From assembly GCA_025558095.1 (NCBI GenBank), contig JAIVFI010000016.1:62001-126000 (forward strand): 64,000 nt of DNA, in the 5' to 3' direction. The translations under genes were made by a program, and so were the position numbers. This document shows, one piece after another, positions 1-10,459 of the stretch; within the stretch, counting starts at the first letter, position 1; each line of letters begins with the position of its first letter. The stretch is from Hyaloraphidium curvatum SAG 235-1. Taxonomy: Eukaryota; Fungi; Monoblepharomycota. The notes under the pieces are model-generated. The model was not told the DNA's origin. It worked only from the letters and a program-made list of their open reading frames with translations, and did no database searches.

Positions 1-129
1 GGGGGGAGGTGAGTCGCCTCGGAGCCGGCGCCCGGGCCGTCGACGCCCACAAATATCGAGGAGCAGGCAGAGGGCGACAAGCCGGAAGCGCGTCGACTTG
101 GTGTCCATGTCAATGCAAGCGGGCGCCAT
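1..129 (-). CDS. Possible 5' exon of a secreted or membrane protein running off the window
   Basis: ATG at 129 (and in-frame at 108) reads MAPACIDMDTKSTRFRLVALCLLLDI, a signal-peptide-like hydrophobic stretch, followed by a GTGGGC donor-like site. Truncated by the window edge. Confidence 0.25.
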   Translation of the reverse strand, partial: MAPACIDMDTKSTRFRLVALCLLLDICGRRRPGRRLRGDSPPP

Positions 130-462
130 CGTTCTCTGCTTCGGAGCGGTGCTAGATGTGTTCGAGTGTTCGGTGTGTTTTGTGACTCGATGGTGTTTGT
201 GACTCGACGTTCAGCCAGGGACGAGGGACCCCAGGCTCTCACGTGATTTGCCGCATGTTACGTATGTGTTCCAAGCCTTCGGGGAAGGGAAGCCGGGTAA
301 GGGACACTGCCGATGCCGACATCGATTTGTATATGCACGTGAGCCCACCACGACGTCTCCCGGCGCGCCGACAATGCATTCGACAACCGACGACATCAGA
401 TGTCCAGCGGCGGCTCGCTCGCCTGCCTCAGCCTCCTCCTCCGCATCCAAAACGGCTCGTCG

Positions 463-3229
463 TCAGATCACCTCGGTCGCCCCCGCCGCGGGGGCCGGGG
501 CCGGTCCCGCCGGGATGGCCGGCCCGTCCCCTTGGTCGTCGTCCGAAATTTCGATTGGTCCCTCCGCCCCGCCCTGTCCCGTTCCGGCGTCCGGAAGTCC
601 ATGCGCGGGCGGCGTCGCGGGCTCGTCCTCGCTGTCGCTGGAAAGCACGATCGGCTCCTCGGCTTGCCGATGCTCCGGCGGCATTTCGTGACCGTCCCCG
701 AACCCCAGCACCTCCCCGTCGTCCGCCCCGTCGCTCGGCAAATCGCACGGATCCGCCGGAGGCCCGTCCGCGTCCCGGACCATCGGCGCCTCGCTCCCGG
801 GCGACGCCGACCGCCCCCCGCCGTCGGAAGCCACCATCGGCGCCTCGCTGCCCGACGGCCCGCCATCGGAATCCCGCCCATCCATCTCGTCGTCCGCCTC
901 CCCCTCCGACCCATCCGAGGGCACCCACCCCGCCGAATCCTCAAGCCTTGGGGGCGCCGCGCGCGGCTCCCGCGGCGGCCTCGGCCTCGGGTGGGTTGCC
1001 GTCGCAGGTTCGCCGTCCGCGGCCGGGTCCAGGCCCTCCCCGAACCCCCTGCCGTACAACGCCACCGCGCCGCCCGCATGCCCCACGGCGAGCCACATCC
1101 CGTCTTCGGCACGCGCATCAGCCCCGCTCCACTTCGCGGTGCACGGGGAACACACCTTCCGACAGCGCCATCCTGCTCACGGGCTGGAACCTGCTCACCG
1201 CGCAGCCGACCACCCTGAACGGCCGCAAGGCCGCGAGTTCGCCCGCGGGGGTGCGGGTCTGCGCGGAGGCGGGGTCGTACATGTGCACGCGGCCGTCGGC
1301 GCCGCCGACCGCCAGCCGCGAGTCGGGGAACCACAGCGCGGACCTGAGGCCGCCCGAGACGTCGACGTTGCCTAGAGCGGGGATCGGCGGTCAGTGGTGC
1401 GCGGAGGACGGTCGCGGGGGGCGCGGTGAGGGTACCCTCGGTCAGATCGCGGTGGTCCAGCTCGGCGACCAAGGTCCCCGCCGACGCCTTCCTCCACGCC
1501 TTTTCGGCCTTCTTGCCCCGTGCCCCCAAAAGCAGCCCGCCGCTCCCCAGCACCTTTGCGGAATCGAACATCCGCGCCGTCCCGTCCGCGCCGAGAGTGA
1601 GCAGCCACCCCCCGCACGGCGAGAACGAGGCCTCGTTCAGGTCCTGCTGCCGGACGTGCAGCCGCCTGTGCACTTCCAGCTCCCCCGCGGGAGAGACGGA
1701 GAAGATGTGCATGACGCCATCGGATTCGGCGGGGCCGAAGTGGTCGGCGGTGGTGCACCCGACGGCGAGGTGCCGGCCGGAGGGGGAGAGCGCGAGGCAC
1801 GAGGCGGGGTAGGCGAGCTCGATCGGTTCGGGGCGGGGGGCGGAGGGGGATGGGAGGAAGGAGGTGAGCTGCGGTGGGGGGCGAAGGTGAGGTGCGTTTT
1901 GCGGGAAGGTTCAAGAAGGCGCACCAGGCCGTAGTGTTTCCTCTGGGAGACCAGCTTGGCCGATGCGGCGACGACCAGGCGGTTCCCGAACCAGAGCAGG
2001 TCGACGACGGACTTGCTGCCCCCCTTCTTGTCCCCGAACGGGCGGTACATCCCCCGCGCGGACCAGCGGCACGACTCGGCGTCCAGGAGCGGGCCAAACA
2101 CCGCGACGCCGCCGTTGTCCAGCCCCACGGCGAACGCGTCCCCGTCGCCGCCGGCGCCGGGGCGCACGGCGATCCTCTCGGCTTTGGTTCCAGGGTCGTG
2201 GAACACCCTTTCGGGGCTGCCCGGCCCGGAGGCGGGGAAGGTGAACACCGAGCCGTCGTACCCGCAGGTGACGATGTACGCCGGCTTCCCCTCCGCCCCC
2301 CCGGGTCCGCGGATGAGCCTCAGGTCCGACACCGTCTTCGTTTTGTCCCCCTCGCGGTGCAGGAAGAGCCATTCCGGCGCCGGGTCGGGGTGCCCCGCGC
2401 GCGCCCGGAGCAGGTTCTGGGGCGCGCTGGCGTCCTCCGCGAGGAACCCGGCGAACAGCACGTGCGAGCCGTCGGGGAGGCGGGCGAATGCCATCTCCTG
2501 CGCGTCCGAGGAGCCGGGGGGGAGCGCGACGGCGGGGCGGAAGGCGTGCTTCAGCGCCGCGGGCACGGCAGAGCGGGAAGAGAGGGGGCCGGGCGGGGCC
2601 AGTTCGCGGCCGAGGATGTACCGCATGGCCAGCGGGTACTTTCGGGGGCCAGGTTTGCCCGGGGTGCCCCATGTCGGCCGTCCTGCGCCCGGAGTCCCGA
2701 GTCCCGGCTGCGGCGGCTCGATGGGCAAAAGCGGCCTCGGCCTCCATGCGACCGGCTGCTCGGCCTCGATCCTCCGTCGCTTGGCGGCGCGCTCCTCCTC
2801 CTCCCTCCGCGCGATTTCGCGCAGCGCGAGCTCGAACCTGTCCGGCGCCTCCCATCCATCGAGCGCGTCGACGTCGATGACGGCGGCATCGAGCACGGCG
2901 GACACGCTGCGGCGGAGGCCGGCCACGGTGGCGGGGCGCGGAGAGGGCGGGCCGGCGGGGGCGGCCGCGGATGCAGCTGGGCGGGGCGCGGCCGGGACGA
3001 GCGACGCGCCCCGGCGGGGCACAACATCGGAACCCCCGGCGGAATTGCCGCTTGCTGCGGGAGAACCCAGCATTTGCCGGTTGCAGCCGGGCACGGGGCC
3101 GTCGGCGGGCCCGATCGCCGGGGCGGGATCGGGCGACCGGGGGTTCGTGCCACCCGCGGCGGTCGCGGCCGCCCGCTGCGGCTCGTCGTGCTCCCCGTCG
3201 ACCGGCGAGTGCGGCGGCTCGGAGGCCAT
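463..3229 (-). CDS. WD40-repeat protein (DCAF-like) with disordered, SIM-like acidic termini; multi-exon
   Basis: ORFs 1637-3229, 468-1712 and 463-1155 join through GT-AG introns. WD-type blades: YIVTCGYDGSVFTF, LLTLGADGTARMFD, LAVGGADGRVHMYD, WLAVGHAGGAVALY. Clearly paralogous to the WD40 part of 24114-28848. Confidence 0.75.
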
Positions 3230-3434
3230 GGCCAGTCACATGTCGCGGGAGGCCGCCGGGGGCGTGGCAGGTTGGGCGTGCGGGGCGAGTTCCGCGTCAA
3301 CGGTCCGCGTAGCTTTCTTAAAGATCACCCCAGAAACCACATCCCATTTTGAACAACACCTCGGATCTAGCGGTGAACAGTTTCGTGCAGGTTGGGCAGG
3401 TGGAACATTTGCCTTTGAGCTCACGGTCCCGCAG

Positions 3435-5963
3435 TCACCGCATCGCCTTGCCCTCCCTCAGCGCGTCGAGCTCCTCCTCCGTCGGCACGCCCCCCTCCAG
3501 CACGATGCGCTCAAACACCCTGTGCGCCTGGCGCGTGTATGCCCACGCCTGCCCGCCCAGCCGCAGCGCCCCCAGGCACGCCGCCGTGTCCTCCACCAGC
3601 CGCCTGACGACCTCGCCGTCCAGCCCCGCGGGTTCCGGGCCCGAAGCCAGGCGGCGCAGCACGGCGGCGTGCACCGCCCCCGCGCGCAGGACGGCGACGG
3701 GGATCAGCTGCGGGATCAGCGGCGCCGCGACGGGGTCCGCGAGCACCGCGGCCGCCAGCCGCGAGACGGCCACCGCGTGCGCCGCGCACTCGACGAACCC
3801 CGGCCCGCGCAACCACCCCGCCGCCTCGCCACCGGGATCGTCCGCCAGCACCGCGGCAAAGTCCCCGGGCGAGCGGACGAGCACGTGCAGCGCGTGCAGC
3901 CAGACGAGGTACGCCGCCAGCCGCGGCCAACCGTACGGTCCGTAGTGCGCCGAGCCCAGCGCGCGCACGGCGGCGCCGTCGCCGGCGTCCAGGGCCGCGG
4001 CGAGCTGGGGGGGGAGGTGCCGCTCGGCGTCGGCGAGGGCCGAGAGGAAGGCGGCGCGGCGGGCGAGCGCCTCGGCGAGCACCTCTGGCGCGGCGACCGC
4101 CAGCTCCGCCGCGCGCCCGCACGGCGGGTCCAGCTCGTGCGCCTCCAGCCCGCGCGCGTGCAGCCATGCGCGCAGGGCGGCGTGGCGGGCCATCAGCGCG
4201 CCGACCAGCGACAGGAAAGCCCACCGGCCGAGCTCCCACACGCGGCCAAACGACCCGCGCAGCACGGCCTCGCGCTGCGGGCTCCCCGGGGGCAGGTCGA
4301 TCCAGCCGTGCACGGCGCCGTGGGTGATGCGGCGCCGCGGGTATCCGGCGAAGGAGCGGAGGATCCGGGGGTAGGCGTGCACGGCGCCGGGGGCGAGGGC
4401 AGAGGGGAGCGCCTCGAACAGGGCGTCGTGGCACGGGATCTCCACCGCCGCGATGGTGCGCGGGTCGAACGCCGTTGCCGTCGGGCGCTCGGGCGGGGTT
4501 GCGACGGCCACGCCGGGGGTGCCGGGCGACGGCAGCGGCGCGGGGCTGGGTCCCGAAGGCGAGCTGCGCAGCTCGGCGACCACGATGGCGGCGGCCGTCA
4601 GCCCCGCCACGAGCCGCAGCTTCTCCTCGGCGCGGATCCACGCGGCGGGGAGGTCCCGCTCGTCGTCGGGCCCGCGGGCGCACCACTCTGCCATCCGGGC
4701 CATCGCCGCCACCCTCGCCGACAGCGCCCCCGCCAGCGCCGCGTGGTCCGCGGACCGCCCCAGCGCGCTCAAACCCCACAGGAACGTGAACAGCGCCGTC
4801 AGCGCGTCGAACATGTCCCTGTGGTACCCCGTCATGAGCAGCGCCTGCGGCTCCCCGCCGTACTCGTCCCCCTCGAGCATCTCCCTCCACAGCATCCCCA
4901 GCGCGCCCCCGCCCGAGCTCCCCGCCGCCGGATCCGCGGCCACGAACCACGCCGCGAGCTCCGCCAGCTCGTCCGCGACCCACGCCTCGAGCGCGTCCGT
5001 CTCCTCCTTGCCCATGCCCGTGTGCGCCTCGGGCCTCCCTTCGTCAGCCATCCGCGTGCCCAGCGACGCCCCGGCCCACGCAAGGGAGGCGAGCAGCAGG
5101 GCGTCCATGTGGTGCTCCGCCGCCGCCGCCGGCCTCAGCTCGGGCCGCATCCTCCCCGCGGCCCGCGTGGGCCCGCGGAGCAGGGCGAGCTGCCGCGCCT
5201 GGAAGCGCGCGCGGTACGACGCCCGCGAGGGGTCCTCGCCCGCCGCGACGCGCGAGTCGAGGGTGGCGCGGTGCAGGATGCCGAGCACGCCGACGGAGAG
5301 CGCTGCGTCGAGGGATCGCTGGAGCACCGGCGGCGGGGGGAGCAGGCCGGGGGGCACGGAGGGGTACAGCGCGGCGGCGTAGTCGGGCGGCAGGGAGTGG
5401 AGCGGCGGGAGGGAGGCGGGGTGGTCGGGGAGGCCGGGCACCGCCGCACCGGAGAATTGCGGGTCAAGGGGACCCGAGGGCAGCCGGGCGGGCGGGGTGC
5501 CGCCGAAGGCCGGCTGCGGCGAGCCGCCCGAGGGCGCCCGTGCCACGTTGGGGGGCTGTTCCTGGCCGTACAGTCCGAAAGTGCCGTTCGACGGGCCCGG
5601 AAATCCGTCGCCCGGCAGTTGCCACGGCACTTGTCCCGGCAGCGGTCCCGGCAGCTGCGGCGGCAATTGGCCGGACGAAAGCGGCACGCCCGACGGCGGC
5701 CTCGCCACGCCCGGAGGCGCTCCCGGCGGGCTCCCGTCGCTCCCATAATATCCAAAATCGCCGTTCGACGCCCCCGCCCCGGGAAATAGCCCCGGCTGAC
5801 CGTCGGCCGCGCGCGGCTCGGGGATGTTGCGGCACGGCTGCCCGCGCTGGGCGCACCGCGCGCACGGGTCGCCGCCGTCGCACTTCCTGCGCGATGCCGA
5901 GCACGGCTGGCACGCTGTGCCCCGCGGGACGCGTTTGCGCGGAGGCGGCGGGAGGGAGGCCAT
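3435..5963 (-). CDS. Zn(II)2Cys6 fungal transcription factor
   Basis: CQPCSASRRKCDGGDPCARCAQRGQPC binuclear cluster directly after MASLPPPPRKR (ATG 5963), then a Pro-rich linker and a helical middle-homology-like region. Confidence 0.9.
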   Translation of the reverse strand: MASLPPPPRKRVPRGTACQPCSASRRKCDGGDPCARCAQRGQPCRNIPEPRAADGQPGLFPGAGASNGDFGYYGSDGSPPGAPPGVARPPSGVPLSSGQLPPQLPGPLPGQVPWQLPGDGFPGPSNGTFGLYGQEQPPNVARAPSGGSPQPAFGGTPPARLPSGPLDPQFSGAAVPGLPDHPASLPPLHSLPPDYAAALYPSVPPGLLPPPPVLQRSLDAALSVGVLGILHRATLDSRVAAGEDPSRASYRARFQARQLALLRGPTRAAGRMRPELRPAAAAEHHMDALLLASLAWAGASLGTRMADEGRPEAHTGMGKEETDALEAWVADELAELAAWFVAADPAAGSSGGGALGMLWREMLEGDEYGGEPQALLMTGYHRDMFDALTALFTFLWGLSALGRSADHAALAGALSARVAAMARMAEWCARGPDDERDLPAAWIRAEEKLRLVAGLTAAAIVVAELRSSPSGPSPAPLPSPGTPGVAVATPPERPTATAFDPRTIAAVEIPCHDALFEALPSALAPGAVHAYPRILRSFAGYPRRRITHGAVHGWIDLPPGSPQREAVLRGSFGRVWELGRWAFLSLVGALMARHAALRAWLHARGLEAHELDPPCGRAAELAVAAPEVLAEALARRAAFLSALADAERHLPPQLAAALDAGDGAAVRALGSAHYGPYGWPRLAAYLVWLHALHVLVRSPGDFAAVLADDPGGEAAGWLRGPGFVECAAHAVAVSRLAAAVLADPVAAPLIPQLIPVAVLRAGAVHAAVLRRLASGPEPAGLDGEVVRRLVEDTAACLGALRLGGQAWAYTRQAHRVFERIVLEGGVPTEEELDALREGKAMR

Positions 5964-6075
5964 TGCCGTTGGACCCTGCGGGCTTGGAGGCAAGGGGTTG
6001 CTGCCAAAACAACGAAATAGATGAAGCCTCCCGCCGTACATGAGGCGCTATAGTTCCAATCTCCGTTGCATCCAA

Positions 6076-7596
6076 TCACCTCCTCATGGCATACTTGTTC
6101 AGGCCCTGCAGGTGCTGCACCGCGTAGCGCTCCCAGTCGATCGCGCGCGCGTCCACGTCCAGCGCGTGCCCCGTGCGGGCGGCCAGCTCGGCCAGGTTAT
6201 CCGTGGCAAACACCGCGGCGCACGTCGTGTAGAACCCAAAGAGCCCCGCGAGCTTGGCCGCCCGCGCATGGCGGTCCCGCGCCTTGCGCGCACCGGGGGT
6301 GCGCACCACCGCCCCCGCGACCGCGTGCGCGGCGCCGGCGACCGAGGCCAGCGCGGCGAACTGTCCGCGCGGGAGCCACTTGAGGGATCCCCGCGGAGTG
6401 CCCGACTTGAGCAGCTTGTCGAGCTCCCCGCCGTCGGCGCGCATCCGCGCCTCCCACAGAGACCACAGCCGCCCAACCGTGATCGGGTTCTCCGCCGACG
6501 TGCCCACGTGCACCGTGAACGCCGAGGTGTCCCCCGCAACCGACCGCCGCACGGCGTCGCAGCACGCGAGCACCATGGCGTTGGCCACCACGTCGCCGGG
6601 CACCACGTCGAGCACGGCCCCCTTGCGGCCGGGCAGCGCGGTCACCCCGCGGGCGTACCCGAGCACAACGGCATCCGCGGCCTTGACCCCCTCGATCCAC
6701 CCTGGCACCGGCCCGGCGTGGCAGCTCTCGACGATGGCCGGGCGCACGACCGTGAGCGCGCATTGGCCGGCGAGCTGCCCCCTGATGAGCGCTTTCCCGA
6801 TCCATTTGGTGAACGTGTATCTGGGAGGCGGTGTGCATGTCAGCTCCGGACCGGATGTGCGCGGTCGTGTCACCCACACGTCGTTGAACCCGTTCTCCCT
6901 CGCCGCCTTGGTCCCCTCCGCCGCCTTCTCCATCTTCCCCGCCCCGGCCGCCCTCTCCAGCAGGCCCCTCGCGAGCCCCTCCGCATCGTATCCCCCGTCA
7001 GCTTGCGCCCTGATGGGCCCCTTGGTCGGCGGCAGCAGCTCCTCCTTGATCTTGCCTTCAGCCCCGCGGATGCCGCACACATACGCCGTGCTCACGTGCA
7101 CCACGGGGATCCCGCGGACGAGGGCGATGCCGGCGAGGGAGCGCAGGGGGAGCACGTTGGCCTGCACGGCTGCGTCCAGGGGGGCGCGGAAGTCGACGTT
7201 GGCGGCGCAGTTGACGATCTGCATGCGGCACGTGACGGCGCGGGTGAGCGGCCGGCCGGGGTGCTGCGGCCCCCGGAACGGAGGACGTACGAGGTCGACG
7301 CAGCCCGCGAGCCTGTCCATCTCGCCGGCATCCATCCCCAGCCCCTCCCTCTCCAGATCCGCCCTAACAGCCTCCACCTTCCCCTCCACCCCATCCAACC
7401 CCTCAAACACGGCGGCGGAGAGCACCTCCCTCTCCACCCTCTCCCGCGGATCGTTCCCGCGCACCAGCAGCGTCACGCGGGCGACGCCGGGGCAGGAACG
7501 GAGGAGGACGGAGAGGAAGAGCTTGCCGACGAAGCCGGTGGCGCCGGTCAGGAGCACGTGGCGGCCGTCGAGGGCCGAGAGCGCGGGGGGGTGCAT
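6076..7596 (-). CDS. Fatty acyl-CoA reductase (male-sterility / NAD_binding_4 family)
   Basis: LTGATGFVGK Rossmann motif, IVNCAANVDF, VHVSTAYV, YTFTK catalytic motif, VVRPAIVES, PVPGWIEG, DVVPGDVVANA. Two short in-frame introns. Confidence 0.9.
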   Translation of the reverse strand: MHPPALSALDGRHVLLTGATGFVGKLFLSVLLRSCPGVARVTLLVRGNDPRERVEREVLSAAVFEGLDGVEGKVEAVRADLEREGLGMDAGEMDRLAGCVDLVRPPFRGPQHPGRPLTRAVTCRMQIVNCAANVDFRAPLDAAVQANVLPLRSLAGIALVRGIPVVHVSTAYVCGIRGAEGKIKEELLPPTKGPIRAQADGGYDAEGLARGLLERAAGAGKMEKAAEGTKAARENGFNDVWVTRPRTSGPELTCTPPPRYTFTKWIGKALIRGQLAGQCALTVVRPAIVESCHAGPVPGWIEGVKAADAVVLGYARGVTALPGRKGAVLDVVPGDVVANAMVLACCDAVRRSVAGDTSAFTVHVGTSAENPITVGRLWSLWEARMRADGGELDKLLKSGTPRGSLKWLPRGQFAALASVAGAAHAVAGAVVRTPGARKARDRHARAAKLAGLFGFYTTCAAVFATDNLAELAARTGHALDVDARAIDWERYAVQHLQGLNKYAMRR

Positions 7597-8022
7597 GGCG
7601 GCGGCGGCGGCGGGGTGCTGTTGGCGGGTCGGTTGGCGGCGAGCTGGGCGGCGCGGCTCCTTTTACCTGCGGCCGCGGCGGGTTGACGTCGTGGTTCGGG
7701 GCCGTCTGTCCGCCGTTCCCGCAGCTCAATGACGTAAGCCAGGCTTTGGGCGGCGGTTTGCGTCGGGCGGCCGCCTGCAGCAGCGGTGTCTGCTGACGGG
7801 GTCGATGATCGGGTGACGTCGACGGGCCGGACGAATTCCGAAAGGCAGGAACAGATCGGCAGGGGCGTGCATGCCTCGGCAGTGTGCTGCAGCGCCGTTT
7901 GTGCGTTCCCGCTGGCCGGCGGGCCGGGCGGCTCACAGATGAAGGCTGAACCCGCGCGGCCCTCAAAAACCCGCTGACTCGCTAGAACCCTGCCGCAGCT
8001 GCAACGACAATCAGACCACGAC

Positions 8023-10124
8023 ATGAACTCCATTCAGCCCGCCATGCAGCCCTCTGCCAAGAGCGTCGCTTCCGCCGGCCCCGCGCCCGACCCCGTCGAG
8101 CTGCGTTTCAGAAACCTCTCGTATTCCGTCGCCGCCACGGGCCGGCGCTCCTGCCACCCCTTCCGCCCGCCGGCCCCCGCCAAGGAGATCCTGGCCGGCG
8201 TCACCGGCGCCTTCCGCCCCGGGCGGCTCACCGCCGTCATGGGCGCGTCGGGCGCCGGCAAGACGTCGCTCCTGCAGGTGCTCGCCGGGCGCGCCCGCGG
8301 CGGCACCGTGCGCGGCGAGGTCGAGGTCAACGGGGCCCCCGCGAGCGCGAGGGCGCTCCGTGGCATGTCGGCGTTTGTTTTCCAGGACGACGTGATCATG
8401 CCGGTGGGTTTGGCGTGCAGAGGCGCCCTCCGTTTGGGCCACGGGTCCGGGCTGAGCTGACCCCGCCCGCGCTGGCAGACCATGACCGTCAGGGAGGCGC
8501 TCACCATGGCCGCCACCCTGCGCCTCCCCGCGCACACGAACCCCGAGGAGCGCCGGGCCAAGCTCGACGAGACGCTGGCGGTGCTTCGCCTCGAGGGCGC
8601 CGCCGACACGCCCGTCGGCGATTCTGAAGCGAGGGGCATCTCGGGCGGCGAGCGCAAGAGGCTGGCCATCGGGATGGAGCTGCTGGCCAACCCGCCGCTG
8701 CTGCTGCTCGACGAGTGCACCTCGGGGCTCGACGCCTTCACCGGTGGGTTGCATGTGCGTCGGTCGCACCGATGATTCATGCTGAGCCCCCTTTGCCGAC
8801 AGCCAACAAGGTCATCGAGGTCCTCCGCGACCTCGCCCGCCGCGGCCACACCGTCGTCTGCACCATCCACCAGCCGGCCTGGGAGACCTTCTCGCTCTTC
8901 GACGACCTGCTCCTGCTCGCCCGCGGCGGCATGGTCTACCACGGGCCCGCGCAGGGCGCCGTCGCCCACTTTGAGCAGGCCGGCTACCCGATCCCGCTGC
9001 ACACCAACCCCATCGACTACATCTTCCTCAGCGTGCTCTCCGACTACGCATCCACGCCCTACCCGGCCGGCATCCCGCCGCCCCCGGGCACCCCCGCCGG
9101 CGCCCTCGAGGCCCCCTCTTCCCGCATTCCCCGCCTGCTCGCCATGTGGCCTTCTTCTCCCGCGCACAAGGCGCTCATCGCATCGCTCGCCTACCCCCCC
9201 GCTTCGACCGCCAAGCCCGCCGCCGTCTCCGCCTCCCGCGGCTTCTTCGTGCAGCTGGGCTACCTGGCCGGCCGCTCTTGGCGCAACGCGCTCCGGGACG
9301 TGCATATGGTGCGCGCCAAGTTGGCAGAAGGCCTCGTCCTCGCCCTCTTCATCGGCCTCGGCTTCCTCAACGTGCCGGGGATGGACCCGGCCTCGCAGGC
9401 GCAGTCGTACGCGGGCTCGCTCTTCTATATCACCATGATCCAGGTGCTCACCAACACCGTCTCGGTGCTCAACGTCTTCTCGGGCGAGCGCGCGGTCGTC
9501 CGCCGCGAGATCGGCGCGGGGTACTACGGCCTGCCGGCCATGTACTGCTCCAAGCTCGCCGTCGAGCTCCCCGTCTGCGCCCTCGTCGCGGCGCTCAAGA
9601 CCACCGTCGAGTTCTTCCTCATCGGCTTCCCCTACACCCCCGCCAACGTCGCCGTTTCGATCGGCCTGAACGCCCTCGGTTCGGCTTGCGGCCTGCTCAT
9701 CGGCATCCTAATCTCCTCCAACGTGCACACCGTCAACCTCGCCCTCGGCCTGGCACCGGTGCTGCTCACCCCCCTGTGGCTGTTTTCCGGCCTCTACATC
9801 CCCGTGGCGGACATCCGGCCCTACTTCAGCTGGATCCAGTACGTCTCGCCGATCCGGTGGGCCTACGAGGGCATGGCCAAGCAGCTCGTGCCGCAGCTGG
9901 CGGCGGGGATGGGCTTCGCGGACGGCTTCACGCCGGGGTTCTGCGCGGCGATGCTGGCGGCCATCGCGGGGGGGCTGGCGGTGCTGGCATATGCGTGCCT
10001 TTGGAGGGTGACGGCGATGGGCGAGAAGATGGCGCGGTGGGAGGCAGCGGAGGGGGCGGAGGGGGCGGAGTGGGAGGGGTTCGAGGTGGCGGTGCCGGAG
10101 AAGGACGCGGCACAGAAGGTGTGA
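8023..10124 (+). CDS. ABCG (White-family) half transporter
   Basis: Walker A MGASGAGKTS, Q-loop FVFQDD, signature ISGGERKR, Walker B LLLDECTSGLD, CTIHQP, then an ABC2 membrane domain. Introns at ~8404-8479 and ~8744-8802. Confidence 0.95.
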
Positions 10125-10459
10125 GGACGCGGCGGTCTGCGAGCACATTGGAATCATCCTCCGTGTAATGTGAAGCAAGATGAATGCGTATATTCGATAC
10201 GTTCCAGCAGCTTCGACAGATTCCGGCCGCTCCAGGAGGAGAGGCGTACGTCCGCCAGCTCATCAGAGTAACGCGCGCCAGACAGCTTGTCAGAGTAATT
10301 TCTTATTGATGATCTCGTCTATGAGCAGCTCCAAGTGGGATGCTGTGAAGCAGTGCGGATGACGCAGGCCAGACTTGCCGCCGCCAACGCCAGGACCCAC
10401 CGAAGAGTCATCCAAGGACGCACGGCGACATTCTCCAAAATGAACTTCCTCGACCCGCG

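Noticed and set aside
1956-5789. 1277-aa + strand ORF (and similar long ORFs at 243-1934, 36769-38898, 40366-42633, 53586-55244, 59995-62241)
   Set aside because: Antisense or alternate-frame shadows of real genes in high-GC DNA with few stop codons; Arg/Pro/Gly-rich with no motifs.
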